A stretch of DNA of 64,000 nt from Octopus sinensis (Eukaryota), in contig NC_042997.1 in the NCBI RefSeq assembly GCF_006345805.1, positions 126,232,001 to 126,296,000 of the forward strand, in the 5' to 3' direction. The notes beneath the pieces are model-generated. The model was not told where the DNA came from and did not search any database. It was given only the letters and a program-made list of their open reading frames with translations. The translations under genes and the position numbers were made by a program. Of this stretch, positions 25,500-37,846 are shown piece by piece. The first letter of the stretch is position 1. Every line of letters starts with the position of its first letter.

Positions 25500-26375
25500 A
25501 GGGAAGATGAATACTGCAAGCTAGCCACCTGTAAGGAAGAAGAATGAGGGGACTTGACGGGTTTCTGTTGACCTTGAAGGTAAATACCTATTTCTTTACT
25601 ACCCACAAGGGGCTAAACACAGAGAGGACAAACAAGGACAGACAGATTAAGTCGATTATATCGACCCCAGTGTGTAACTGGTACTTATTTAATCGACCCC
25701 GAAATGATGAAAGGCAAAGTCGACCTCGGCGGAATTTGAACTCAGAACGTAGTGGCAGACGAAATACCTATTTCTTTTCTACCCACAAGGGGCTAAACAC
25801 AGAGAGGACAAACAAGGACAGACAAACGGATTAAGTCGATTATATCAATCCCAGTGCATAACTGGTACTTAATTTATTGACCCCGAAAGGATGAAAGGCA
25901 AAGTTGTCAGAATTTGAACTCAGAACGTAACAGCAGATGGAATACTGCTAAGCATTTCACCCAGCGTGCTAACATTTCTGCCAGCTCGGCGCCTTTTGAA
26001 GGTAAAAACCACTTCCCTCTTTTTGCCACAAAAGGACTCAACATTGTTATGTGGTGCAAAGAAAGCAGTAAAGATGGCTGATGGTTCCTCGGGAGGCAAA
26101 TATCAAAGAGGTTTCTTCAGGAGAGACAGAAAATACATTGAATCGGTTGAACTACGCAAAACCAACGGATGGGAAGCAATTTACCTTTGTATAGAGATAG
26201 GTGTTAGAGGATTTGTTGGAACCAAGGTTTACTGAATGCTCAGGAGTCTTGGGTTAGGTGTGAAGGAAAGAAAAGATGTTGCTATAAAATTGTTGGAAGC
26301 CACTGAGAAAGCAGATCATTATATTTGGCTCAAGAGGGAGGATAAGTGTTGCAGTAAGAATGAGTATTGGGGATG
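25500..26375 (+). mobile_element. Decayed C-terminal restriction-like endonuclease region of a HERO-like non-LTR retrotransposon, split by a SINE dimer
   Basis: Joined translation VDLEGKNHFPLFATKGLNIVMWCKES / LMVPREANIKE / RKY...GWEAIYLCIEIGVRGFVG..LRSLGL...EATEKADHYIWLKRE resembles the PD..ELTVPWE..KY..VEVGxRGF..WLWxKR pattern (recalled). Confidence 0.65.
25585..25993 (-). mobile_element. Meta-like SINE dimer (180-bp period) with TSD ttgaaggtaaa
   Basis: aaatacctatttc recurs at 25582 and 25762. The TSD is present on both sides. Confidence 0.85.
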
Positions 26376-28179
26376 TAGAAACATCTCACCCAGATGTATG
26401 CTTAGTGGTATTTCATCAGCCGTTATGTTCTGAGTTCAAATTCTGCTGAGGTCAACTTTACCTTTCATCCTTTCGGGGTTGATAAATTAAGTACCAGTTA
26501 CATGCTGGGGTGGATGTAATTGACTTAATCTGTTTGTCTGTCCTTGTTTGTCCCCTCTGTGTTTAACCTCTTGTGGGCAATAAAGAAATAAGAAACATCT
26601 GGCCCAAAGTCACAACACCTGACTCAATAAAGCTTGTGCAGTTGTGCAGGAGTTTTATCACCTCCAATAGTGGGTGGCTCTAGGCAGCTCTGGAGTAATG
26701 ATGGAAGGGTTTGAAACACTTACAGAGCTGCTTCACTGCCTGATGAGACATTGGCTCCTGCATTTGGAGATGAAGTACATCAACACTTTCAGCATGGCAA
26801 GAAAGAGCATTCAGCTGTAGATTACCCTTCCAAAGTAGACAATAGAGCTCAACACAGATTCTGTCAAACTATCCAACCCATGCCAGCATGGAGAACGAAC
26901 ATTAAATGATGATGATGATGATGATGGTGATGATTGTGGTGGTGGTGGTGGTAGCAGTGGTAGGGTAATGGTTGTGGTGTTTGTGTGAGGTGTGATGATG
27001 ATGACGATGATGACGACGACGACGGCGACAGCTACCTATCTCCACTTCCAGCGCCTCTTAACTCCAGGTTGGTAAACAGACTGTCATCTTGCGTCAGCTT
27101 GATATATTAAATTTCACTTTAGATAGTAAAGTTTTTGAGTTTAAAAACGTTTATATGCCATGGGGAGAAGAACACCACAATTTTCCTTAGGCTCTGCTAT
27201 TTTTTGACTTATTCACTTTAGATATGTTTGTTATCTGTCTACATTAGCTGTCTACATTAACTATCTATACAACTTGTTTATTTTAGCTGTCTTTAATTTC
27301 TTTATTATTCCGTTGAATTATTATGATTACCAGACTAGTGATATTAGTTTTGATTATTAACATAATCTGTCATCTACCATTACTACAATTTCATGAATAT
27401 ACTCTCTCACATATTCTTGGAAAAAAGACAGAATGTAAAACTATTTCATATTCAGGTGTATTGGATGGTGGTTATCTATGGTATGGGAGCATAATAGATA
27501 TAAGTGTTGGAGCTCTGTGTTTAAAGTTTAAGTTCTTGGGTTCAATCTCAGTTAATGGTTGATGCCGGCATCAGTTGTTAGTTGTCAGAGCACTGCATCC
27601 TTCAAAACTTCCATGCTTCCTGAGATTCGCCAACATTACACCTGATTTTTTTCCCTCCATACACACGCAAGCATGTATCTGACTCATACACTGTTCACTT
27701 CCCAGACATTTGTACATTACTGCATAAGCTTTATATGCACTTTTGACAAGTTGTGGTGCACCTGAGCACTGTATACAATAATTTCATTATCATTATTATT
27801 ATCGTTGTTGTTATTATTATTATTATTATTATTATAATATAGCAGATGACTATAAAATATAATGTATAACTCTTCATACAGCAATAAATCATAACTGATA
27901 GTTATGATTTACTGTAATAGATCATAGGCTGTTAGTGAAGGTACCTCATATAACACATGATTCAGTAACAGAGCATACATTAATAGTAAAGATACAAGAT
28001 ATAGAACATTGTAATAGATCTTGCACAAATGGTTAAGATAGATCCTATGATACATCATGCAGTAAAAGATCATATACTAATAGTTATATACATCATATAA
28101 TACATCATACAGATCATATGCGAATAGTTAAGATGCATGATATAGAACGTCATAATAAATCATACACCAATAGCTAAGA

Positions 28180-29300
28180 TACCAGGTTGCCTCAAAAGTA
28201 TTTCAAGCTTTAATTAATAGTTCAAATAATTTACATATGGAAAGTGCTTATTTAACAGAATATATCCTGTCATATTCTGTTGCCTGTTTCTATCACTGGG
28301 CCAGAAGCTCAATTCCATGCTTATACCATTTGGCTGGTTTAAAAGTAAAAATCTCTCTGCACTCATCTTCAACCTTTGTCAGTGCAGAAAATGAGCTATG
28401 GCATGGAAAGAGTGGTAATCTGATGGTGCAAGGCCTGGGCTGTAGGCAGAGTGAGACAGCACTTCCAACCCCTCATGTTCAAGTTTGTGCTTGGGCACAT
28501 TCGCATTGTGTAAGCTATGGCATTGACATGCTGTAGGAGTGTGCATCTTTGATTGACTCATGCTGAGTTGCAGGCTTTCAAAGCAACATATACTCACTGC
28601 AGTTGTGAAGCATAAAAGTTAGCATTCACAGCATTATCATCTGAGACAAGTTCAAACTTAAATACTCCCTTGAAATTCTTAAAATACCAAACACAAAATA
28701 TGATCTGTTCAAACTGCCCTTGTTTGACAACAGGTTCTGAAGCCTGGCTGGAATGCAGCTACTGATTTCTCTTATGAAAATAGATAAATTTTTCATCCCA
28801 ATTTACAATTCAACACCAAAAGCAGGCAACTCGGAGATTTGCCTACAGTTATTTGCAAATGTTCATCCATCATTGAGCCTGCTCATTGGTCAGTTCATGA
28901 AGATCTTGAGGTGACAATTGATGGTGGTTTGTGAAAGACCAAGTTCTGCTGACAATGTATGAGTGCTTGTGCTTGGCTGTTGGTCATCCTTTTGAAGCAA
29001 TGTCTCAGTTTCCTCAACAGAAAGTCTCCCTGAACCTTGTTTCTCCTCAAGGCTGGTGTCACCTTCCTTGAAATGGCTGAGCCAGTTTTGCACCACATGT
29101 TCACTGACAGTTTTTGGGCCTTCCACATCATTAATTTCTTTTGTTGTTGCCCTTGCAAATGGTATGATAGAACAAACAGAAATTCTTTGTATATGGACAA
29201 CCACAATTTGTATGATGTAATTGATTAACAACTAGAAACACTGCTGCAAGCAGTGCAAAGATTTACTATTAGAATTGATAAGAAATTTGGGTTTGAAAAA
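28180..29300 (-). mobile_element. Decayed mariner transposon
   Basis: HTH segment (VQNWLSHFKEGDTSLEE..GR) and HSAYSPGLAPSDYH. TIR-like taccaggttgcctcaaaagta at 28180. Confidence 0.85.
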
Positions 29301-30574
29301 ATATTCTAACCAAATTAAAAAAAACACTAATTTTATGTTAGACAAAGAAAGAGATTAGATGCAGATTTATACATAAGAATTAAAGAACTAGACAAAGTAC
29401 AACATACAAATGAAAGAAAATGTTAAGAAGAAATGCTATTGACACATTATATTGATATTTAAAATGGAGTTAAATACAAATAAATAAATAAATAAATAGC
29501 TGAAGTTCTAAGTATCAATACTTTAGCTGTCCAAGAAATATTTTCAATTGGATGCTAAGTAAATTAGAAGAACAAAAGAAAAACAAGACAAAATAATAAT
29601 TGTATGTACAACACACTGCCAAAATCTGACATAAAAAGACGATATTTAAAATAAACAGAGACAAACAAAAGGGTTTCTGAAAGTAGAAAACTATTAAAAG
29701 GTATATATTAATGACAGAGGCAGTATTAATTCATTATTAATTTATCCCCACTTAATCACGGACATTCTGCTAGAACAAACTTGACTACAGTAGGTACCAT
29801 GAAAGAAACTCTCATACTGGTTTTTGGTGCAAAATGCACTCTTGTTTACATCACTATTAAAAGAGTATTAAAGAAGTATTAAAGAGTATTAAAGGCAGTG
29901 TTGAATAAAATGTATTTGTGTGAAGTCGTGTTTAACATGTTAGAATGTATTTGGATGTGATAAGAACTTTCACTGTGGGAATACTCCCAGGAGAAAATTC
30001 TTGTGTAAAATCACATTTTATTTTGGGCTGTGAGTAATGTCATTGGATTGTTGGATGAGTCTCTGCACTGTTCACATTTCATCAACCACAAAAATTACTA
30101 GTTCAGTCACTCCCAGCCCAATAGGAATAGAATTATTCTTATAAAGACAGCGCATGGAATGTTTGCTGTTGGTCTTGTCAGCCATGACCTCTCCCATGAG
30201 AAAGAATGTGGAGGAGGATGAATGTCCTGATTTGACACTGTCATCACCGCCTTTGATGGGCTGTCATAAGCAAAGTAGTGACTAGAAGTGACTAAGATCA
30301 CAAGATACCCCTGGAGAAGATGTTAGCCCATTGCAACATTGAGGGGAGGTAACAAGTATAATGTTTTGATCCCAGTACTTGACTGGTACTTTATTTTTTA
30401 TTGACCCTGAAAGGATAAAAGGCAAAGCTGAACTCAGTGGGATTTGAATTAATAACATAAAGAGCTGAAAGAAATGCTGCTAAGCATTTTGTCTGATTTG
30501 CTAACGATTCTGCCAGCTTGCTGCCTTTTCCAGAGTTATAGTTCCTAGTAAAAACTATTGAAATCATATCATCA

Positions 30575-31030
30575 TCATCATCATCGTTTAACATCTGATT
30601 TCCATACTAGACGATTTGACTGAGGACTGGCGAACCATATAGCTGCACCAGGCTCCAATCTGATCTGGCAGGGTTTCTACAGCTGGATGCCCTTCCTAAC
30701 GCCAACCACTCCGAGAGTGTAGTGGGTGCTTTTACGTGCCATCGGCATGAGGGCAAGTCAGGCAGTACTAGCAACGGCCACGCTCAAATGGTGCTTTTAA
30801 CATGCCACCTGCACAGGAGCCAGTCCAGCGGCACTGGTAACGACCTCACTTGAATGTTTTTTCACGTGCCAGTAAGGCGACACAGGTAACAATCTTGCTC
30901 GAATGGTGCTTTTTACATGCCACTGGCATGGAGGTCAGTTTGTTGTTCTGGCAATGATCATGCTCGGATGGTACTCTTAGCACTGCACTAGCATGGATGC
31001 CAGTCATCGAATTTGATTTCGATTTCGATT
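30575..31030 (-). mobile_element. RTE-type 3' tail element
   Basis: (CAT)n followed by reverse-complement RTE 3' UTR with tandem GC-rich units. Confidence 0.85.
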
Positions 31031-31374
31031 TTGATGAAATATCTGGAGATATCTGGTGGGGAATAGTTATGTCTCATGAGTGGATGTTAAAAACACCATA
31101 GATAATTAAACAGGTGATTCTCAAATCTGAGATCAAATGTTACAAGAAGCCATTTAACCTTTCACTCTTTCTGGGGTCTAAATATACTGGTGGGGATGAA
31201 TTTATGTTTATCTGTTATACTGACCCTTAGCATTGGCACAAAGTCATAAGTGTTGCAGGAGGATACAATCTGTTACATTGACTGCAGTACTTGATTGGTT
31301 CTTTAGGTTATCCAAAGGATGAAAAGCAAAGTTAACCTCGGTGGAATTTGAACACAGTATGTAATGGCAGACGA

Positions 31375-31608
31375 AATAACTATTTCTTTACTACCTGCAA
31401 GGGGCTAAACACAGAGAGGACAAACAAGGACAGACAAATGGATTAAGTCGATTATATTGACTCTAGTGCGTAACTGGTACTTGATTTATCGACCCCGAAA
31501 GGATGAAAGGCAAAGTCCACCTCGGCGGAATTTGAACTCAGAACGTGATCGCAGACGAAATACCACTAAGCATTTCACCTGGGATGCTAAAGATTCTGCC
31601 AGCTCCCC
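31375..31608 (-). mobile_element. Meta-like SINE
   Basis: Reverse complement of 558-790, with a partial second unit at ~31300-31375. Confidence 0.8.
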
Positions 31609-32295
31609 CATTAGCCAAATCATCATATTGACATCCACTAATAATAACAAATGCAAATTCAGGCAGAGGGTTAGGATTAGGAGGGGTAGGGGAGTTAGTT
31701 GATTCTATCTACCCCAGTACTCGACTTGTTACTTTATTTTTTTGACTCAGAAAAGATGAAAGGCAAAGTTGATCATAGCAGGATTTAAACTCAGATTGTA
31801 AAAAGCCAGAACAAACAACATTAAGCATTTTTTCCAATGCTCTAAGAGATCCACCAGGCTGCGTTTTTTTTTTTTTGACACACAATAATAATATGTCCGA
31901 TCTGCTCCAATTTCCGAGAATTCATACCCTACAACAGAACATGTTCTAGGTTTCGGGTACGTAGAAAAATATGGAATTGTTGTAGTGGCAATGTCATTGA
32001 ACAATAGATCTGTTTGATCAAGGCTGAGCTGGGACTGAACAATTACAGCTCTACAGATAGATGTAAGGGAGATAACTACGCTTTGAGCCAGCTTTTGCCC
32101 TTTTTTTAATTATTTTTTTTGACGTCTCTTGATCTTAATATTTGAGCTGGAATTAAGGCAGAAACGTTAGAATGCTGAACGAAATGCTTAGCGGTATTTC
32201 GTCTGCCGCTACATTCTGAGTTCAAATTCCTCCGAGGTTGAAATCGCTTGTGCGTATTATACACGAGGTTAAAAATGTAAAAATATTTTCTAACC

Positions 32296-32580
32296 AATGG
32301 TTAGGGCAGCGGTCTTGTGGTCGTAAGATCGCAGTTTCGATTCCCAGACCGGGCGTTGTGAGTGTTTATTAAGCGAAGACACCTAAAGCTCCACGAGGCT
32401 CCGGCAGGGGGTGGTGGCGATCCCTGCTGTACTCTTTCGCCACAACTTTCTCTCATTCTTTCTTCTGTTGGCCTGCTCACTTAGCCAGTGGGGTGGCGTC
32501 ATCTGATGGCTAAAACAATGCGAAGCGCATTGTGACCAGCGATGTGTAGCAACATCTGATAGCCTGGTCGGTCATGGTGA
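32296..32580 (+). mobile_element. tRNA-derived SINE related to 1364-1666 but with a different 3' half
   Basis: ggttagggcagcgg..gtttcgattccc head and shared ctctttcgccacaactttctctca. Confidence 0.7.
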
Positions 32581-33817
32581 TATACATACATACATACATA
32601 CATACATACACACACACACATTATATATATATATATATATATATGTGCACATATACATACACCTGTACATGTATGTATGTGTGTTTATGCATATGGCAAA
32701 ATGCACAAAAACAAACACACATATGCATATATGTACACACATGCAAAATAAACAGTCGACCCCTTAAAGTAACTGTTATTCCATATGAAACAAAATGACT
32801 AGGGTTACCAGCTGCACCCTTCAAATATTGTGTAATCACATATTTTGGAGATAAAAGATGTATTCCTAGTTGAACTGAAATAAAATTTGCTCCATACTTT
32901 AATATTTTAGTTCTCATCGCATGCTGAGAAGAATGGCACAGCGTGACTCTCAGACCAGACAATAAAACTTCTGATAGTAGGAAAGTTTTCTTAGACTTGA
33001 GAATTTGTGGTTCTGACAAAAGTTCCTATCAAAGGTTTTGATGAAAGTGTAACTTTAATCTATATTCATATTCTGGCAGCTGTTTAGATATCTTTTAACA
33101 GATGAAATATTTATGTTTGTGTATTTTATATTATGCATGTGTAACGGGCAGGTGGTACCGCCTGTGTAAAACTTAATACATTATAGACATTCAAGAGAAG
33201 TATACTCTACGAGCTTTAAATCATTTGTCAGTATTTAATTAAATGCAACCTTCAGATTTCTCCCTGAAGCAAAATAAAACTTACAATAGACAAACATTTT
33301 AAATAGTTTCCTATCAGTAGTTTGTAATATTATTTATGACTTTCATATATTATAAACGATTATATTCAATAGCTTCCAGTTTGAATTGATTTACCTCCCT
33401 TGCTAAGTTAATATTAAGTTTGGATATTTGGTTTAGATTTATCTTGAAGTGTCAACTTGTTTGTAATGATTCTCTTAAATATATTGAACTTTTATGTAAG
33501 TAGGCAGCTTTAGGTTTATAGAGAGATTAAGTGAGAGTGTGTGACGTTTATGCTTTTCTGAAGAGTATAAGAATGAAGAGTGAAATGCCAATAACTAGCT
33601 GAAGCACAACCTGGGTTCATCTAGAGCTTTTAGTATATTAAAACAGATTTTTAAGTATATTGTTTTACCAATTCTGTTAATAAGTTAATGTCTCCTCTGT
33701 CATTCAGTACCCTCACATGGTAATCTCAGATTATACTGTTGTGGGGTAGAAGGTCGAAATGGCTGAGTGGTGTTGTATTTCACCTAAGTACTGTATAAAA
33801 TAAACTGTGATTCATAC

Positions 33818-34025
33818 TTCTCATCATCATCATCCAGTGTTTTATATCCGGGGTTTTGTCCCCATTAATAGGGGTGGCCGGATCTACCTCAATGTCATAG
33901 CAACTGCCCTCTTGCCTGGTTTTGGGCGTCCCCATTTTTCAAACCGATCCTCCCAATCTCCTCCTCCACCTGTCCCCTACACCTTTTCCTTGGTCTACCT
34001 CGCTTTCTCACTCCAGTTACCTCTG
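33818..34025 (-). mobile_element. 3' end of a second RTE subfamily
   Basis: Homologous to 62941-63118. Ends in (GAT)n on the minus strand. Confidence 0.7.
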
Positions 34026-35054
34026 TGGTTCATAAAATAGAGTCTAATCAAATACTGGGGTTAATGTAAATGGAAAACCCCTGCCTTTAAAATTGACCTT
34101 CCTTGTGCCTAAATCAAAACCCATTGTTCTTGTTGTTATTTTTGTTGTTGTTGTTATTTCTGTTGTTGTTATTAACCCTTTTGATACCAAACTGCCTAAA
34201 ACTGCCTCTGGCTCTGTAGTACAAAAGACTTGTTTTCAAAAGTTCTGAATTAAAATCTTCCACCAAACCTTAGTTCCAATTTATGTTCCTAACACTAGCT
34301 CAATGATAACTAAGTTATTTTACTAAATTCTTTGTTATATTTAAAATCAATTGAAAGAAATACAGAGCATCTCAATAGGAATACGGTAATGAAAGAGTTA
34401 AGGTGGCAAGCTGGCAAAATTGTTAGCATGCTGTGCAAAATGCTTAGAGGTATTTTGTCTACCACCATGTTCTGAGTTCAAATTCTGCTGAGGTCAACTT
34501 TGCCTTTCATCCTTTTGGGGTTGATAAATTAAGTACCAGTGAAACACTTGAGTCAATGTAATCAATTAGTCCCCTCACCCAAAATTTCAGGCCTTGAGTT
34601 TTTAGTAGAAAGAATTATTAAGGCAGTGAGCAGGCAGAATCATTAGCATACTGGGCTAAATGCTTTCCATCTTTATGTTCTGAGTTCAAACTCTGCTGGG
34701 CTTGACTTTGCCTTTCAGAGAATATTTTGGTGACTTATGGATGGTACACAGTGGGGGCATTCTATGGTGCAATGGACAGTATAGACTGGTGACAAGTGGG
34801 AACATAATCATCTTATAAGAACAGTGTGTGCTGATGTTATTCTGTGTGTTATATAGACAGTGTAGGATGAGGTTACTTATTTGGGTTTGAACAATGAAGA
34901 GTGGAGACATTCTGTGGTGTTACAAATATTTTACACTTTTCCAATAAATACACAGGTTTTGATTTGAATTGATTTTATACATTTCATGTGAAACTGAAAG
35001 AAATACTGAACAAGAAAGAGGGAGGGAGAGAGAGAGAATGAGAGAGAGAAAGAG

Positions 35055-35092
<38 letters not shown>

Positions 35093-35116
35093 GTGTTTAT
35101 TGTATTATGTGATATA

Positions 35117-35188
<72 letters not shown>

Positions 35189-35319
35189 TAATGTTTTGGC
35201 ACTTTGGGGCAGTTGTCTTTAACTACAGCCTCAAGCCAACCAAAATATTGTGACTGAATTTGGTAGATAGAAACTGAAAGAAACTTGTGTGTATATATAT
35301 ATATATTTTTTTACTCTTT

Positions 35320-35712
35320 CGCTCTTTTACTTGTTTCAGTCATTTGACTGCAGCCATGCTGGAGCACCACCTTTAGTCGAGCAAATCAACCCCAGGACTT
35401 ATTCTTTGTAAGCCTAGCACTTATTCTTTCAATTTCTTTTTGCCAAACTGCTAAGTGACGGGGACATAAACACACCAACAGTGGTTGTCAAGCAATGGTG
35501 GGGGGACAAATACAGACACAAACAACAAATACATATATACATATATATACATACATACATATATATACACAGCAGGTTTCTTTCAGTTTCTGTCTACCAA
35601 ATCCACTCACAAGGCTGTGGTCAGCCTGAGGCTATAGTAGAAGACACTTGCCCAAGGTGCCACGCAGTGGAACTGAACCCAGAACCATGTGGTTGGGAAG
35701 CAAGCTTCTTAC
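35320..35712 (-). mobile_element. CORE-type SINE
   Basis: Reverse complement of the 11007-11430 family. Confidence 0.88.
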
Positions 35713-35780
<68 letters not shown>

Positions 35781-35784
<4 letters not shown>

Positions 35785-36530
35785 TGTCACTGCTATAATC
35801 GGTTTTGCAATGGTTATTTTTTCTGGAAGCGTCTCTGCTGTGGTCTCACGAAGCTCCTTCCGGAATTCCTCATGAAAAGTGTGTGAGGGTGGGCATGCCT
35901 CAAGATCGTGTGTGCTGGCACATCTGTAGTGCTGCTTCTAAGTTGTGTATTATACGTGCAGTTTCCATTTTGTCCCTTCTTTCTTTTTCTTTTTTTTTTT
36001 TATAAATAATACATGAGCATGTTATCAAAAATGAACTTACACGCATCGAGATGTAACTAAATAATACATTGACTGCCAACCTCCAGCCTGTTGTTAATTT
36101 GGGGCCCTAGTCTGTCTATGAAGATAGCTTCCTTAATTCTTAGATTACCCAAATATCTTTCATTGGCCTCAGTTGTGACTATTATGCTTTTGTCAGTGTT
36201 CTGGCATCCATCTAGATATTTTCTGAAGGAGGAGGCTCTCATGTTCAGATGTTCTTTAATGCGAATGTGTAATGGTCTTGTTGTACTACCCACATAGAAC
36301 TTGTTGCATTTGTTACATTGTATTCTATACACAACATTTACCTGTTGGCATAAATCTGTGTCATGGACGGGGCAGTTTGCTAGTGTGCATTGATTGCTGT
36401 CCCTTGCTCATTTCTTTGTGAGGTGTCTTCTCAGGGAGTTGGTGGAGTGGGCTAGTTGTGTGTCTAGTCCTTTTCTTCTTATGCCTCTTCGGATGGCTGT
36501 AGTTACCCTCTTGCTAAAATGAATGAATGT
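35781..36530 (-). mobile_element. Penelope-like element 3' fragment: linker plus GIY-YIG endonuclease
   Basis: One frame with a single stop at 36408: NSLRRHLTKK*..CTLANCPVHDTDLCQQVNVVYRIQCNKCNKFYVGSTTRPLHIRIKEH..LRIKEAIFI..PQINNR. Confidence 0.88.
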
Positions 36531-36590
36531 ATGTGTGTGCGTTTGTGTGTGTGTGTGTGTGTGTGTGGGTGTGTGCGTGTGTGTGTGTGT

Positions 36591-36626
<36 letters not shown>

Positions 36627-37049
36627 CTGACTGTCTGTCTGTCTGCATGCATGCATGCCAACAAGGACATTTAATTTAGATATATAATAAAAAGGTATAC
36701 ATACTCTCTAGCAACTGTTTGTAGCTGTTTTTCGTGGCATATCAAATTAAGCACTCAGAGTGCATAGCCATAAATTTGAGGCACCTGATAAAAAATCAAA
36801 AACTCCTCGTATATTTTATATGTAGCATCATCATACATACCATTATATGAGCAGCCACACATTACAGATGCACACACTTACACACACACACAGCCACACA
36901 TGTGAAAGTCACTAGCCCATCTCCACCCACACTCACATTCTTACATACACATACACCCATGTGCACCTTCATTTTGGGATCACCAATACTTTATTATCTC
37001 CCCTTCTTTCTAACTTCTTTTCTAATCAGTTGCTATGCTTGTCCACTAA

Positions 37050-37220
37050 ATCCATGTCTTTTTTATTCTCTCTCTGTTTATTTTCTTTTATTCCTTTCTG
37101 TTGAAGAGCGTAGGCTCGAAATGTAAAAGACTTTCTCACCTTCTGAGCATTAAACTAATACACCTGCTTGTTGTTCATACACCTGTCTTCGTCTTTTGTT
37201 TTTCTATAAATTTCAACTAC
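37050..37220 (+). mobile_element. Short microsatellite-flanked repeat with hammerhead-like variant (CUGUUGA)
   Basis: Paralogs at ~45680-45845 and ~52165-52285. Motif CUUU CUGUUGA A GAGC GUAG GCUC GAAA (C/U)GUA AAAG. Confidence 0.55.
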
Positions 37221-37525
37221 ACACACACATAAATATACATATGCATAATGAGGCTTTTACATGCCGAAATCTACTTGGTGTAATTAACGATTATTCCAAA
37301 TTAATTAATTTCACCCTATATTATTACTGATAACCATATTTCATCCCAGTAAATGACCACAGCATCTTGTCTTGGCTACACGCTGGTGGGAAGGGGTTGG
37401 TGACACAAACTTTCATTCACACTTTGAATTTGGTGATACTGGTAACGGCTTTAGCTCGCTCTGATACTGAGTTGAGATGATGCCTTCTAGTATCTCAAAA
37501 TTTAATATACAATTATTCATAATTG

Positions 37526-37627
37526 TAGTGTCCTACGCTGATGAGAAAAGAAGTTGGGTAAGATATAATTATCTAATTCTTATGTTTTCCTAAAACTTAA
37601 TTTCGAAACGTACGTCCGTAGGTGACT
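37526..37627 (+). ncRNA. Type I hammerhead ribozyme, canonical core
   Basis: Stem I CCUACG (37532-37) / CGUAGG (37617-22); CUGAUGA at 37538-44; G-C-closed long stem II; GAAA at 37605-08; stem III with palindromic GUAC loop; GUC cleavage triplet at 37614-16. Confidence 0.85.
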
Positions 37628-37808
37628 TAAAATTGTATGATAGATTGCCGTCATTTCATTCTCTCTTACCTGTCTGTGTTTGCCTTTCAAGTGCTGTGTT
37701 TTTACTGAGATCGCCCTTTTAGTAGAAAGAATAGCTATAACTCTTTGACTGCTATTTCTAAATTCGGTGTGTGGTGAGGCAATTCGTTGCTAAACCCTTA
37801 ATTACTTA

Positions 37809-37845
<37 letters not shown>

Positions 37846-37846
<1 letters not shown>

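Noticed and set aside
30147-30348. GC-elevated unique stretch with an apparent GAG|gtaaca donor
   Set aside because: The donor lies in the tail of a minus-strand SINE, and all three plus frames contain stops.
35835-35885. Hammerhead-like hairpin 3' of the GIY-YIG ORF (minus: uucaugag gaauucc ggaa ggagcuuc gugagac)
   Set aside because: Both core halves deviate at several positions and no stem I or III is evident.
37244-37280. augaGGC uuuuacau GCC GAAAu, a partial hammerhead
   Set aside because: The 5' core and stem I are lost to the adjacent microsatellite. At best it is a remnant.
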